A stretch of DNA of 64,000 nucleotides, taken from positions 19,629 through 83,628 of the forward strand of contig JBNJGY010000003.1 of NCBI GenBank assembly GCA_051748045.1, in the 5' to 3' direction. The notes under the pieces were generated by a model. That model was not told where the DNA came from. It saw only the letters and a list, made by a program, of their open reading frames with translations, and searched no databases. Positions 19,654 through 30,412 of this stretch are shown in pieces. The DNA comes from Thermotogota bacterium. GTDB taxonomy: Bacteria; Thermotogota; Thermotogae; Petrotogales; Petrotogaceae. A program made the position numbers and the translations under genes. The stretch's first letter is position 1; each line of letters begins with the position of its first letter.

Positions 19654-22063
19654 ATATTTCTTTTATAATTTTTTTTGGTTTTTTATAATAATATTTATTT
19701 TTAATTATTGCTGAATTATCAAAAAGATAGTTCATATAAGCATACCCAGCGAAGTTTATGTTGTTATAATAGTTAAAATATTTATCTATTAAAGATCTTG
19801 ATAATTTATCATTATTTATAACGCTTAGTGGATATTTTATAGATTCAATTTCATATTCTATAATCATTTCTTCAGAAGTTTCTACCTGCTTGTGTTCTTC
19901 AGATCTTTCTCCAAAAACACTACTTTTTAAATCCTCTATTTGTGGTATTTGTCCTTTTTTATACTCAGTCATTCTTCTTAAAAGGCTTCTTCTGTTTCTA
20001 TTTATTTTATCTAAAGATCCAGATTTTATAATTTGTTCAATTAGATTCCTACTAAAATTATTGTTATATGAAAAATTAAAAAAATCCTCTATAGAATTAA
20101 TGGAATTATTTTTAAGTGTAGATATTTGTTTATTAGACATCCCATTGATAAAAACCATAGGAAGGATTATATTATTTTTCTTATAGAGGCCATTTGGAAT
20201 TTTGATATCAGGAGTACTAATTGTTATATTCATTATTTTACATTCATTTATTACATCAATATCTAAACCCTTATGATTAATATAAGTAAAAAAGAATTTT
20301 TCTGGATTATTGAATTTTTGTTCTAGCAACCATTTTAATATAAAAGAGTATGCTATTGAATGTGATTTATTAAATGAATATTGTGAGAAATTCTCAATTT
20401 TTTTAAATAATTCTTCAGCTTTATTTTTACCAATTTTTTTAATTGCATTTGATATGAATTTTGTTTTTAGTTTTTCAATATCATTTTTTTTCTTTTTTGA
20501 AAGTGCACTTCTTAATAGATCAGATTCTTCAAAATTTAACTTTCCTATCTCTTTAGCTAGAAACATTATTTGCTCTTGATAAACAATTATTCCTTTCGTT
20601 TCAGGTAAATATTTTTTTAGATAATTTTCTGAATGAGAAGTTATGTAATCATCAACCATACCACTATCTAAAGGGCCGGGCCTATTTAATGCAATGGTGA
20701 TAGAAAGTTCATCAAATGATTTAGGTTTTATTTTCTGAACTATCTTTTTACCTGAGAAAGAATCAAGTTGAAAAATTCCTTTTGTAAGACCTTTTGAAAA
20801 TAATTTTAACATATTTTCATCCATATTTTTTTCAAAATTTTCTTTGTAATTTAATTTTTTTAGAAAACTTAAAGTGTCTAGAGATAATATATCAAACTTT
20901 TCTATATTTAATTCTCCTAAATCATCCATTGGCCATTCAATAATAGGGATTTCTTTTTGTTCTAAAGGTAAAATTTTATTTAAATCTTTATCAGAGATTA
21001 TGATTCCTGCAGCATGAGTACTCTCAGCTTGATTGGTTCCTTCCAAAAAATACGCTAATTTAAAAAATTCATGATCTTTTTTTGATGAATTTTTAAATAA
21101 AATAAAGTTTTCTTTAGTTCTTATAGGAGATTTTAAAACTATTTTTGGTTTATAACCAAGCAATTCTTCAGCTTTCTTTATAGATGACTTATATTTCATT
21201 TTTGATAAAGTTCTAACAAAAGCAACCCTATTTTTACCATAATATTTTTGTAAAAGGCTTATTAATTCATTTCTTTTTTCAGCTTCTATATCAAGGTCTA
21301 TATCTGGAAGTTGTTTTCTGTTTAAATTTAAAAATCTTTCAAAATAAAGATTAAAATCTAAAGGATTTATTTTAGTAATATCTAGTTTATTTGTGATTAA
21401 GGAGCCAACAGCTGATCCTCTACCTGGGCCAACAATTATATTATTATTTTTTGATATATCAACAATTTTTTTTACGTTTAAGATATAATTAGAGACACCC
21501 ATTTTTTCTACAACTTTAAGCTCTCTGTCAAGTCTAATTTTTTCATTTAGGCTAATTTCTTTTTTTTCTATTAATTTTTTAATTGTTTCTATATTTCCTA
21601 ATTTTGGAAAAGAAAATTCAAACTTAGATAAATCATACATTGGGGTTATATTTTCAAAATATTTTAATTTTTTGTATAATTCTTTTGAATCAGAAAGGGC
21701 ATAACCTTCTTTTTTAAAAATTTTTTTAAATAATGAATGTGGGTATATAATATTAGAGATATTCATATTTATTTTTTTTAGATTCAAGTTTTTATTATTA
21801 TTATTATTATATGCTTGTATTGCATGAATCATATCTTTAGTATTATTTATAACATAAGATGTATTATAGTTTTTATAAAGAATAATAGGGGTTATGTTAT
21901 TGTTTTTACATAGCGAAATGAACCTCATCCAAGATTTTGGATGAGGTTCATTTAATATGATTTTATTAAAATTATTCTTTTTAGCGAATGTTATAGTATC
22001 ATTTAATTGTAAAAAAGATTCTCCAATAGTTCTAGAAGTAATAATAGGTCCTAAAATTCTCAT
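19652..22063 (-). CDS. dnaE: DNA polymerase III alpha subunit, short DnaE type
   Basis: GPGRGSAVGSL, FERFLN, PDIDLD, STHAAG, KFDILSL, YQEQIM, YSFNKSHS. Confidence 0.9.
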   Translation of the reverse strand: MRILGPIITSRTIGESFLQLNDTITFAKKNNFNKIILNEPHPKSWMRFISLCKNNNITPIILYKNYNTSYVINNTKDMIHAIQAYNNNNNKNLNLKKINMNISNIIYPHSLFKKIFKKEGYALSDSKELYKKLKYFENITPMYDLSKFEFSFPKLGNIETIKKLIEKKEISLNEKIRLDRELKVVEKMGVSNYILNVKKIVDISKNNNIIVGPGRGSAVGSLITNKLDITKINPLDFNLYFERFLNLNRKQLPDIDLDIEAEKRNELISLLQKYYGKNRVAFVRTLSKMKYKSSIKKAEELLGYKPKIVLKSPIRTKENFILFKNSSKKDHEFFKLAYFLEGTNQAESTHAAGIIISDKDLNKILPLEQKEIPIIEWPMDDLGELNIEKFDILSLDTLSFLKKLNYKENFEKNMDENMLKLFSKGLTKGIFQLDSFSGKKIVQKIKPKSFDELSITIALNRPGPLDSGMVDDYITSHSENYLKKYLPETKGIIVYQEQIMFLAKEIGKLNFEESDLLRSALSKKKKNDIEKLKTKFISNAIKKIGKNKAEELFKKIENFSQYSFNKSHSIAYSFILKWLLEQKFNNPEKFFFTYINHKGLDIDVINECKIMNITISTPDIKIPNGLYKKNNIILPMVFINGMSNKQISTLKNNSINSIEDFFNFSYNNNFSRNLIEQIIKSGSLDKINRNRRSLLRRMTEYKKGQIPQIEDLKSSVFGERSEEHKQVETSEEMIIEYEIESIKYPLSVINNDKLSRSLIDKYFNYYNNINFAGYAYMNYLFDNSAIIKNKYYYKKPKKIIKEI

Positions 22064-22072
22064 ATAAAAACC

Positions 22073-22996
22073 TCATTTGTTTAAGGTGTTAATAACTGAT
22101 ATAAAGTCTCTTTTTAAAGGAGCTGTTAAAGTTATTCTTTTATTTGTAATTGGATGAAAAAAACTAATCTTAGCAGCGTGTAGCATTTGTCGATTAGCCC
22201 CTTTTTCTCCAACGGTTTTTGAATTATAAACTGCATCTCCTATTATAGGGCTTTTTAAATATTTTAGATGTACTCTGATTTGATGGGTTCTTCCCGTTAA
22301 AATTTTCAACCAAACTAGATTGTAATTATGTTTAAAAGTTTTAAGCACTTTATATTTTGTTATAGATTCTTTTCCTCCACCCATTATTGTCATTTTATGT
22401 CTTTGATTGGGATTTCTTCCTAAAGGTTTATTTATAAGGCCTTTTTTATTTTTAATTTTACCTTTTGTTATTGCTAAATAATATTTATCTGTCACTCTAT
22501 CTTTAAATTGTTGAGATAAAACTTTTTTAACATCTGGAGATTTTGCAATTAATAAAACTCCAGTAGTATCTTTATCAAGTCTATGGACAATTCCTGGTCT
22601 TGTTTCGTCTTCAAAATCATCAGTAAAATCATAATTATACATCAAACTATTAACAATTGTACCCTTTGAAGTTTTCCCAGCTGGATGAACAATCATATCT
22701 GGATTTTTATTTATCGCTAACATGTAATCATCTTCATAGATTATATCTAGTTTAATATCTTCAGGAAGAATTTTGTTTTCTAAACTGTTAATTTTATCAT
22801 ATTCAATAGATACAACATCTTTATTTCTTAATTTATAGTTTTGTTTTTTGATCCTGTCATTAACTAATATTTTACCATTTTTGATTGAAGTTTGTATATA
22901 AGACCTTGAAAATTTATTAGGAGTTATCTCTGAACAAAAAACATCTAATCTCTTATTAATATTTTCATCATTTGTAACGATAAATTCTTCTTTCAT
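22073..22996 (-). CDS. rluD: RluA-family (RluD-like) pseudouridine synthase with S4 domain
   Basis: RPGIVHRLDKDTTG, TGRTHQIRVH, N-terminal S4 domain; next to lspA. Confidence 0.88.
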   Translation of the reverse strand: MKEEFIVTNDENINKRLDVFCSEITPNKFSRSYIQTSIKNGKILVNDRIKKQNYKLRNKDVVSIEYDKINSLENKILPEDIKLDIIYEDDYMLAINKNPDMIVHPAGKTSKGTIVNSLMYNYDFTDDFEDETRPGIVHRLDKDTTGVLLIAKSPDVKKVLSQQFKDRVTDKYYLAITKGKIKNKKGLINKPLGRNPNQRHKMTIMGGGKESITKYKVLKTFKHNYNLVWLKILTGRTHQIRVHLKYLKSPIIGDAVYNSKTVGEKGANRQMLHAAKISFFHPITNKRITLTAPLKRDFISVINTLNK

Positions 22997-23420
22997 TTTT
23001 ATTACTCCTTAAAAAATATATAGCTAATAAAACTCCTCCTATACTTACAAAAGAGTCTGCAATATTGAATATTGAAAAATAAGGCACATAAAAAATATCT
23101 ACTACATAACCGACTCTTAATCTATCAAAGATATTCCCCAAAGCGCCAGCAATGATGAAAATCATTCCAAGTTCAAGCGTAAAAGATTTTATTTTTTTTG
23201 TATAATATTCTCTAATGAAAAATAAAAAACTAACGATAATTGATGAAATTATTCCAAGTAGAAAAGAATTATTTTGAAACATTCCAAAAGCCATACCTGT
23301 ATTTTCAGTATAAGTTAGTTTAAAAAACCATATTTCTATTGAATCATTAACAAGATATTTTTCACCAATTATTTTAGTTATCTGATCAAATAATATAATT
23401 AAAGGAATCAAAAAACTCAT
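22968..23420 (-). CDS. lspA: Lipoprotein signal peptidase II
   Basis: DQITK, NTGMAFG, GALGNIFDR, VVD, FNIAD. Confidence 0.95.
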   Translation of the reverse strand: MSFLIPLIILFDQITKIIGEKYLVNDSIEIWFFKLTYTENTGMAFGMFQNNSFLLGIISSIIVSFLFFIREYYTKKIKSFTLELGMIFIIAGALGNIFDRLRVGYVVDIFYVPYFSIFNIADSFVSIGGVLLAIYFLRSNKNERRIYRYK

Positions 23421-23422
23421 AA

Positions 23423-24235
23423 TTAACCTTCTTTTTGATAGAAGAAAGGAGCTACAGTTTTCAATCCTATTTCTCTATAATTAAAAATTCTTTCTGTAGA
23501 ACCTACAAATAAAATCCCACCTGGTTTTAAAGCTTCTGAAAACTTTCTGTAAAGTTTTTCTTTTGCAGGGTTATCAAAATAGATAACCACATTTCTACAT
23601 ATTATCAAATCATGATCTTTATCAAAACTATCAGTCAATAGATTAAGACGTTTAAACTTCACATTAGATTTTACAATAGGCTTAACTCTAAATCTAGAGT
23701 CTGAAGTTTTTTCAAAATACCTAGTTCTAAAATTTGGAGAAAGATTAATCATAGATCTTTCTTCATAAACACCATTTTGTGCTTTTTTTATAACAAATTT
23801 ATCAAGATCAGCTGCTATTATATCTGCTTTATTTGATTTTTTCATCTCTTCTAAAACCATTGATAAAGTATAGGGTTCTTCTCCAGTAGAGCAACCAGCG
23901 GACCATAATTTTAGTCTATTAGATCTAGAAAAAAGATCAGGCAGAATATTTTTTTGTAAATATTCCCATTTTTCAGGGTTTCTGAAAAATTCAGTTACAT
24001 TGATAGTTAATTTATCTAAAAATTCATCCCATAATAAATCATCATTCTTTAATTTATTAAAATAATCAGGATAAGTTTTAAAAGAATGTTTCCTCATCAA
24101 CATATCAATTCTTCTTCTTACTCTATGTTGTTTATAACCTGTTAAATCCATTTCAAACCTTTTAATTAAATTCTTCAAAAAGTCTTCATAGTCTTTATCA
24201 TCATAAGGTGATGAATAAATTATTCTATCAGACAC
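23423..24235 (-). CDS. cheR: Chemotaxis protein-glutamate O-methyltransferase CheR
   Basis: TINVTEFFRN, WSAGCSTGEEPY, DLIICRNVVIYF; GTG start with SD GGAGGTG. Confidence 0.95.
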   Translation of the reverse strand: MSDRIIYSSPYDDKDYEDFLKNLIKRFEMDLTGYKQHRVRRRIDMLMRKHSFKTYPDYFNKLKNDDLLWDEFLDKLTINVTEFFRNPEKWEYLQKNILPDLFSRSNRLKLWSAGCSTGEEPYTLSMVLEEMKKSNKADIIAADLDKFVIKKAQNGVYEERSMINLSPNFRTRYFEKTSDSRFRVKPIVKSNVKFKRLNLLTDSFDKDHDLIICRNVVIYFDNPAKEKLYRKFSEALKPGGILFVGSTERIFNYREIGLKTVAPFFYQKEG

Positions 24236-24250
24236 CTTTGCACCTCCAAG

Positions 24251-24997
24251 TTAAATTTTAATTCTAAATGTAATACCTGGTCCATAAGAAGAATAAACTA
24301 TAAAAATATTTTCTTCTATAGGTATTCTAAAATAAAATGAATCATTATTTTTTTCAAAAAATATTGAATCTACATATAAATCTTCTTTTTCATCATCATA
24401 TTTTAAAATATATTCATCAGACCTTATATATATTTTATCAAATATAGGTAATAAATTTAAATATAAATTTTTATAATTCACAAAAATTCTCTTTTCATCA
24501 CTTATCTGTAAACTTATCCATGAATTGTTTAGCTTGACCCCCAATGAATAATAAGATTCACTAAAATCGTCTATTTTAAAAGTAAATGAAGAAATTAGGT
24601 TATCATTTTGAAAAAAGATTCCTGTGTATAAATTTCTAAGAGTTAAATATATATATTCATCTATTGTTATTGTAAACCCATTTGAATTTTTTAAAATAAA
24701 CATTTCATCTTTTATATATTTCGGTTTTTGATAAGATATATTGAAACCTGGTTGATCGAATTCAAAATAGTTTATAATTTCATCTATGTTTGAAGTCTTT
24801 ATAGTTGATTCCTCTAATAAGAAATTATATTTTATGGAAGTCTCATAAATATCTTCGATAGAAAAATCGAAAACAAATTTATTTTCGATATTTTCAGTAT
24901 AATCCTGGATTAAATATTGATCTGAAAAAATGGTGTTAGATAAAACTATAAATAAAATAAAAACTAAATATATGTTTTTAATATTAATCACTCCCAT
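24251..24997 (-). CDS. Hypothetical exported protein, aromatic/beta-strand rich; start uncertain
   Basis: 248-aa ORF inside the operon, signal-peptide-like N-terminus. Confidence 0.7.
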   Translation of the reverse strand: MGVINIKNIYLVFILFIVLSNTIFSDQYLIQDYTENIENKFVFDFSIEDIYETSIKYNFLLEESTIKTSNIDEIINYFEFDQPGFNISYQKPKYIKDEMFILKNSNGFTITIDEYIYLTLRNLYTGIFFQNDNLISSFTFKIDDFSESYYSLGVKLNNSWISLQISDEKRIFVNYKNLYLNLLPIFDKIYIRSDEYILKYDDEKEDLYVDSIFFEKNNDSFYFRIPIEENIFIVYSSYGPGITFRIKI

Positions 24998-25001
24998 ATA
25001 A

Positions 25002-25037
25002 AAAATTAAAATGGGGTATAAACCCCATTTTAATTTT
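25002..25037 (-). terminator. Terminator after yebC
   Basis: Perfect 16-bp stem AAAATTAAAATGGGGT-ATAA-ACCCCATTTTAATTTT. Confidence 0.8.
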
Positions 25038-25057
25038 ATCAGATAAACTATTATTTT

Positions 25058-25813
25058 TTAAAGTGATTCAGAAATTCTTTCAAATTCTTCATCATCAATG
25101 TCATAATTTCCATAAACATCTTGAATATCATCATTGTCGTCTAACGCATTTAATAATTTGATTAATTTTTCTGCATCATTACCAGAAATTGAAACAGTAT
25201 TTTTTGGAATATAAGTTAGTTCTTCATCAGCTGAGTAACCAGCTTCTTTCAATGTATCTCTAACTTGAGCCATTGAGTCTGGGTCTGTAGTAATTTCAAC
25301 AGGATCACTGTTTTCATCAATATCTTCTGCTCCAGCTTCAATTGCTTCCATCATAAATTCTTCAAAATCTTCAACTTCTTCTTTTGGTACTTTAATTAAT
25401 GCTTTTCTTTCAAAGTTCCATGAAACAGCGCCATTTTCAGCTAATGATCCTCCATTTTTTGAAAGAATATGTCTTACTTCTTGAGCTGACCTATTTTTAT
25501 TGTCTGTAACAACAGAAATGATCAATGCAATACCAGCAGGTCCGTATCCTTCATAAAGGATTTCATGTAGTTCTTCACCTTCTAATTCTCCAGTACCTTT
25601 TTTTATTGCAGTTTCAATTTTGTCTTTTGGCATGTTTGCATCTTTAGCTTTATCCATAGCAGCTCTTAATCTTGGGTTCGAATCTGGGTCTCCACCTGCA
25701 TCTCTTGCTGCTATAGTTAGTTCTCTGATAATTTTTGTAAAGATCTTCGATCTTTTGGCGTCTTGAGCACCTTTTCTGTGTTTAATGTTGGCCCACTTAT
25801 TATGCCCTGACAT
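25058..25813 (-). CDS. yebC: YebC/PmpR (TACO1) family protein
   Basis: MSGHNKWANIKHRKG, YEGYGP, TDNKNR, DDIQDVY. Confidence 0.95.
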   Translation of the reverse strand: MSGHNKWANIKHRKGAQDAKRSKIFTKIIRELTIAARDAGGDPDSNPRLRAAMDKAKDANMPKDKIETAIKKGTGELEGEELHEILYEGYGPAGIALIISVVTDNKNRSAQEVRHILSKNGGSLAENGAVSWNFERKALIKVPKEEVEDFEEFMMEAIEAGAEDIDENSDPVEITTDPDSMAQVRDTLKEAGYSADEELTYIPKNTVSISGNDAEKLIKLLNALDDNDDIQDVYGNYDIDDEEFERISESL

Positions 25814-25824
25814 TTATATCCCTC

Positions 25825-27231
25825 CTAAAAACCTTTTATTATGAGTAAAGTTATATCATCATGTTGTGATGTATCCTTTGCAAATTTGTCCACTGACTCT
25901 ATTATACTTTTAACTATTACATTAGTGTTTTGATTTTTTATCTCTTTCATTACATTTTCAAGTCTTTTTTGACCATATTCTTCTTTATTTTCATTTCTTG
26001 CTTCTGTAATTCCATCTGTGAAATTAGATATTAAGAAATTATCTTTGTAAGAGATTTTTTCTATATCATAGCCTAAATCTTCTGAAATACCAAGAGGTAA
26101 CCCTGTAGATTCAACATAAAACATTTTCTCATCTTTTATATAAGGTGTAGTATTATGGCCAGCATTTATAACTTGAACAGTTTTATTTTTGGAATTTAGT
26201 AATACGAAAATAGCAGTAACAAACCTATCATTTGGTATATTTTTATTTAAATATTTGTTTAAATAAGTCACCATATTCATAAGATCTTTATTTTCTTCTA
26301 CTTTACTTCTTACAATTGCCCTTAAAGAACTCATTATTAATGCTGCTGGAACTCCTTTTCCAGAAACATCAGCAACTAAACCTAACACTTCATTTTCATT
26401 TATTTTTATTATATCATAATAATCTCCACCAACATCGTATGCAGATCTATAAAAAGCTGCTGTTGATATATTTTTTATCTCAGGAATTTCTTCTGGTAAT
26501 AAAGATGACTGTATTTCTCTAGCGAGTTTCATCTGCTCTGTAATTTTTTGTTGTTCAATTTTTTCATCTAAATAGTTAATTGTATCAAAACCAAAAGCAA
26601 TTTGTTCTGTAACCGATTCCATTATTTTTTTATCTGAAGCTAAATAAAAAGAATTATCAGTTTTTCCATATAATAGTATAAAACCCCATGTTTTAATCTG
26701 AGATTTAATTGGCAATAATAAAAATGATGTGTCATTTCCGTTTATATCATCTTTTTCTTTTAATATAGTTCTTGGATTATCTTTTGAATTGAAGAGTTCT
26801 ATCAAAGGATTAATGTCCTGATAATTAAGATCTATTAAATCTAAAAATAAAGGTTTAAAGTCAAGAGAATTATCAAAATCTACAAACTCACCTACTACAA
26901 TATTTTTGAATATTACAGAACTTTTTAATCTTTCTATTATGGACTCTATTGATAGTCTTGGATCTTTATTTCCAAAAACCAACTTTGATATGTCTAAAAT
27001 AGTAGTCAATTCTTCGTATATTCTCGAAATTTCTTCATATTGTGCTTCCAACATCAAAGTATTTTCTTCCATTTGGCCTTTGTATGTATTAAGTTCTTTT
27101 AAATATTCATCTATCAAATAATTGGTTCTTTTTTTTATTATTTCTTCTTTTGAAACATCATCTTTATATATGTTGAGAGTTTCATTTAGCTTTTTGTAAA
27201 TTCTCTCATAAAAATTATCTCTATCCATCAT
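25825..27231 (-). CDS. SpoIIE/RsbU-type PP2C phosphatase with coiled coil and GAF-like domain
   Basis: [44 protein letters not shown]; start may be the second ATG (27228). Confidence 0.92.
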   Translation of the reverse strand: MMDRDNFYERIYKKLNETLNIYKDDVSKEEIIKKRTNYLIDEYLKELNTYKGQMEENTLMLEAQYEEISRIYEELTTILDISKLVFGNKDPRLSIESIIERLKSSVIFKNIVVGEFVDFDNSLDFKPLFLDLIDLNYQDINPLIELFNSKDNPRTILKEKDDINGNDTSFLLLPIKSQIKTWGFILLYGKTDNSFYLASDKKIMESVTEQIAFGFDTINYLDEKIEQQKITEQMKLAREIQSSLLPEEIPEIKNISTAAFYRSAYDVGGDYYDIIKINENEVLGLVADVSGKGVPAALIMSSLRAIVRSKVEENKDLMNMVTYLNKYLNKNIPNDRFVTAIFVLLNSKNKTVQVINAGHNTTPYIKDEKMFYVESTGLPLGISEDLGYDIEKISYKDNFLISNFTDGITEARNENKEEYGQKRLENVMKEIKNQNTNVIVKSIIESVDKFAKDTSQHDDITLLIIKGF

Positions 27232-27589
27232 TATCTCCCAACATTTCTTTTACTGTGTCAACCAATAATTTAGGACTGAAAGGTTTTGTTAACACTCTTT
27301 TAGCTCCTAAGCTGATGGCTGTTTCTTCATCTGATTCTCCACCCTTTGCGGTTAGTACAACAACTGGTTTTGAATATTCTTTACTTTTTAATTCTTTTAA
27401 AACAGTAAAACCATCCATTACAGGCATCATAATATCTAAAAAAATCATATCTGGATTTTCATTTTCAACAGTTTCTAATCCTTCCTTACCATTAACAGCT
27501 TCTAAAACTTCATAGCCAGCTGCTTTTAGGTTGAAAGTTATAATTCTTCTTAAAATATTTGAGTCATCAACAACTAATATTTTTTTCAT
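27221..27589 (-). CDS. Single-domain response regulator (T. maritima RR468-like)
   Basis: [39 protein letters not shown] before ATG 27589. Confidence 0.93.
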   Translation of the reverse strand: MKKILVVDDSNILRRIITFNLKAAGYEVLEAVNGKEGLETVENENPDMIFLDIMMPVMDGFTVLKELKSKEYSKPVVVLTAKGGESDEETAISLGAKRVLTKPFSPKLLVDTVKEMLGDNDG

Positions 27590-27593
27590 AAAA

Positions 27594-28169
27594 TTACCTC
27601 CAATGAATTTCATCACATATTGGATAAAAAATAAATTTTTCAGGTTCTACATCTCTAAAAATTTTATAAATATTAAATATCATATCATATGGCTGATAGT
27701 ATTTTAACATATAAATATTTTTATAATTTCTCTTTAGTTTTAAATTTTTAAAAATTATTTTTTTATTATATTCTGATTTACCTTTTATAATTTTATTAGT
27801 ATTTTTAAAAATATCAAATAAATTTTCAGAAAGATAAACTTTGAAATCAAAACCCTCTATTGATTTAGATAATTTGAAATTATCATTAACTCTTCTAGAA
27901 TAAGTTAGTTTTAATCCTTTTGGAGTAAAATCATTGAAACTTGAAAAGTCAAAACTATCTAAAGTATCTACAGTTAAAAGAAAATTTCTGTTTATATATC
28001 CGAAAGGTATAGGATTAGAGAATGAAAAAAGAGGTTTAGGATTAAATCCTTTAGAAAATTCAAAGGGAACATTATTCCTTCTTAAAGATTCTTCAATAAT
28101 TAAAGTTGTATCAAGATGTCCATTATAGATTAATTTACTAAATTTTTTAAAATTTAAAAGATATCTCAT
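27594..28169 (-). CDS. DUF2344/TIGR03936-like radical SAM-linked protein
   Basis: N-terminal GHLD...LRR...[15 protein letters not shown] pattern. Confidence 0.7.
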   Translation of the reverse strand: MRYLLNFKKFSKLIYNGHLDTTLIIEESLRRNNVPFEFSKGFNPKPLFSFSNPIPFGYINRNFLLTVDTLDSFDFSSFNDFTPKGLKLTYSRRVNDNFKLSKSIEGFDFKVYLSENLFDIFKNTNKIIKGKSEYNKKIIFKNLKLKRNYKNIYMLKYYQPYDMIFNIYKIFRDVEPEKFIFYPICDEIHWR

Positions 28170-28318
28170 TCGAACCTCCGTAATATTTTAATATAATATA
28201 TATTAACTTAAATATGTATTATACAATTAAATAATATATTATCTTTATCTAACATTTGATATTTTTTAAAAACATATATGATATAATTTTTTTGAATAAT
28301 GATTCAGGAGGATATTAA

Positions 28319-30412
28319 ATGAAAAGCTTTTTATTAGGATTTATATTAACTTTATCAGTTTTGATGGTGATATTTTTTTATTCTAAAGATTTTTATGAAA
28401 ATACATCTTCTATTTTCTTAGTAAATTCAAACTATAATACATATTTATTTGATGATGGAGATATGATTCTCCCCACAAAATATCAATATGAAACATTAGA
28501 GAACATACCAAATGATTTACTTTACTTGTTATTGTGGAGTGAAGATAGAGATTTTTATAAACATAATGGTATCAATCCAAAAACAATGATTAGAGCTATG
28601 GTTATCAATTTACAGAATTTTGATATATCTCAAGGTGGTTCAACATTAACTCAACAATTAGCAAAAACTTTATATCTAACCTACGAAAGAACTATGAAAA
28701 GAAAAATATTAGATGTTATGTTGGCTTTTTTTATAGAAAAGAGTTATACAAAAGATGAAATTTTAGAAGCTTATGTTAATAGTGTCTATTTAGGGAATGA
28801 TATTTCTGGTTTTGGTGCTGCTGCAAGAAGGTATTTTGAAAAAGATTTAACAGAATTAACAATTTATGAAAAAGCTTTATTAGTTGGGATAATTAATTCT
28901 CCGGAATATTCGAACCCTTATAAATACCCACAAGATGCAAAAAAAGAGGCTAGAATTCTTTTAGATTCTTTAAATGAAGAAAATCCAGTTTTTGAAAAGA
29001 ACTCTGATTTTAATAAAGATATTGAGGGGATAGACATATATCCTCTAAATTATAATGAAAAATATTTAGATATGATTTATTCAGTAAAAGAAAAAGAAGA
29101 GGAGTTGAATTTAAAAGGTGGAGGTTATACAATTAAGACAACTTTCAACAGAGATCTTTTTAATTCAATAAGCCCAAATTCAAGCCAAACAGCTATTGTA
29201 ATTAATAACAAGACTGGGAAAATTAAAAGCTTTTGGGGAGGGGAATATTCAGTATATCAATCAGAAAAACAAATAGGATCTAGTGTTAAACCTTTTTATT
29301 ATTCTTTGGCATTAAATAAAGGATTTAATTTAAATACGGTCTTACCTGATAAAAAAATGAGTTTCAGTGGTTGGGAGCCAGAAAATTATGACAAACAATA
29401 TAGAGGTGAGGTAGAATTAAGTCAAGCTTTAATAAATTCAATAAATATACCATCTATTTACTTAGCTTCACACATAGAAAACTCACCAACTAAATCTGTA
29501 GATAAGATAAAAGATTTTTTACAAAATGAAATAAAAATGCAAGCAGATTATCCAAATGATTTGACAATAGCTTTAGGAACTTTAGAAACTAACCCTTATA
29601 ATATGGTTAGAGCTATTAATATTTTTCCGAACTATGGTATTATTCCTGAATTATACTCTATTGAAGAAATATATGATAGAAAAGGGAATTTAATTTATAA
29701 AAATTATCCAGATGTACAAAATAGAATTCAAAATATATCAATAGATACTTATTCTGCTATGAATCAGCTTTTAAGAAAAGTTGTTACTGAAGGGTCCGCA
29801 CAAAGAGCAAATATAGACGGCTTAGATTTACACGGAAAAACAGGATCTCCAGAATTATCTGCCTGGTTCACTGGGTATACTGGAAACAAAAGTATATCTG
29901 TGAGAATTGATGGAGAAGATTTATTGTCTTCAACATCATCTGTACCATTCGCCAGATTAATTGCAGAGAATTTTATATATACAGGTTATAATGTTGAGGT
30001 TCCGACTTATGTTAATACGTCGAATATAGAACAAAAAGCTGATTTTTTCAGTGAACCAATAATTTTTTTAAGTAAAGGATATGATTTTGAAGATTATCTA
30101 GAAAGAAAAAAATTCCAAGAAGATTCTGAGGTTTTAAAAGAAAAAATTGAAAATGTTATCGATGATCTTGAATATATTTATCCTGATATTTCTAAACAAT
30201 TAAAAGATTGGATAAGTTTAAACTTAGTTGATTTTTTAGACGCTCCTTATTCTTTCATTCAAAATAATTACAACTTGGAGAATTATCTTGAAAATCTTGT
30301 TCTAAATCCAGAGACTGTAAATAAATTAAAAGAGTTAGCAAATGAATTGAGTTACGTTTATCCATATGAATCTCAAAAAATAAAAGAATTTTTAAGAGAG
30401 AAGGGTTATTGA
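28319..30412 (+). CDS. Class A penicillin-binding protein (transglycosylase + transpeptidase)
   Basis: N-terminal TM; GT51 motifs EDRDFYKHNG and QGGSTLTQQLAK; TP motifs SSVK, SIN, KTG. Confidence 0.92.
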   Translation: MKSFLLGFILTLSVLMVIFFYSKDFYENTSSIFLVNSNYNTYLFDDGDMILPTKYQYETLENIPNDLLYLLLWSEDRDFYKHNGINPKTMIRAMVINLQNFDISQGGSTLTQQLAKTLYLTYERTMKRKILDVMLAFFIEKSYTKDEILEAYVNSVYLGNDISGFGAAARRYFEKDLTELTIYEKALLVGIINSPEYSNPYKYPQDAKKEARILLDSLNEENPVFEKNSDFNKDIEGIDIYPLNYNEKYLDMIYSVKEKEEELNLKGGGYTIKTTFNRDLFNSISPNSSQTAIVINNKTGKIKSFWGGEYSVYQSEKQIGSSVKPFYYSLALNKGFNLNTVLPDKKMSFSGWEPENYDKQYRGEVELSQALINSINIPSIYLASHIENSPTKSVDKIKDFLQNEIKMQADYPNDLTIALGTLETNPYNMVRAINIFPNYGIIPELYSIEEIYDRKGNLIYKNYPDVQNRIQNISIDTYSAMNQLLRKVVTEGSAQRANIDGLDLHGKTGSPELSAWFTGYTGNKSISVRIDGEDLLSSTSSVPFARLIAENFIYTGYNVEVPTYVNTSNIEQKADFFSEPIIFLSKGYDFEDYLERKKFQEDSEVLKEKIENVIDDLEYIYPDISKQLKDWISLNLVDFLDAPYSFIQNNYNLENYLENLVLNPETVNKLKELANELSYVYPYESQKIKEFLREKGY

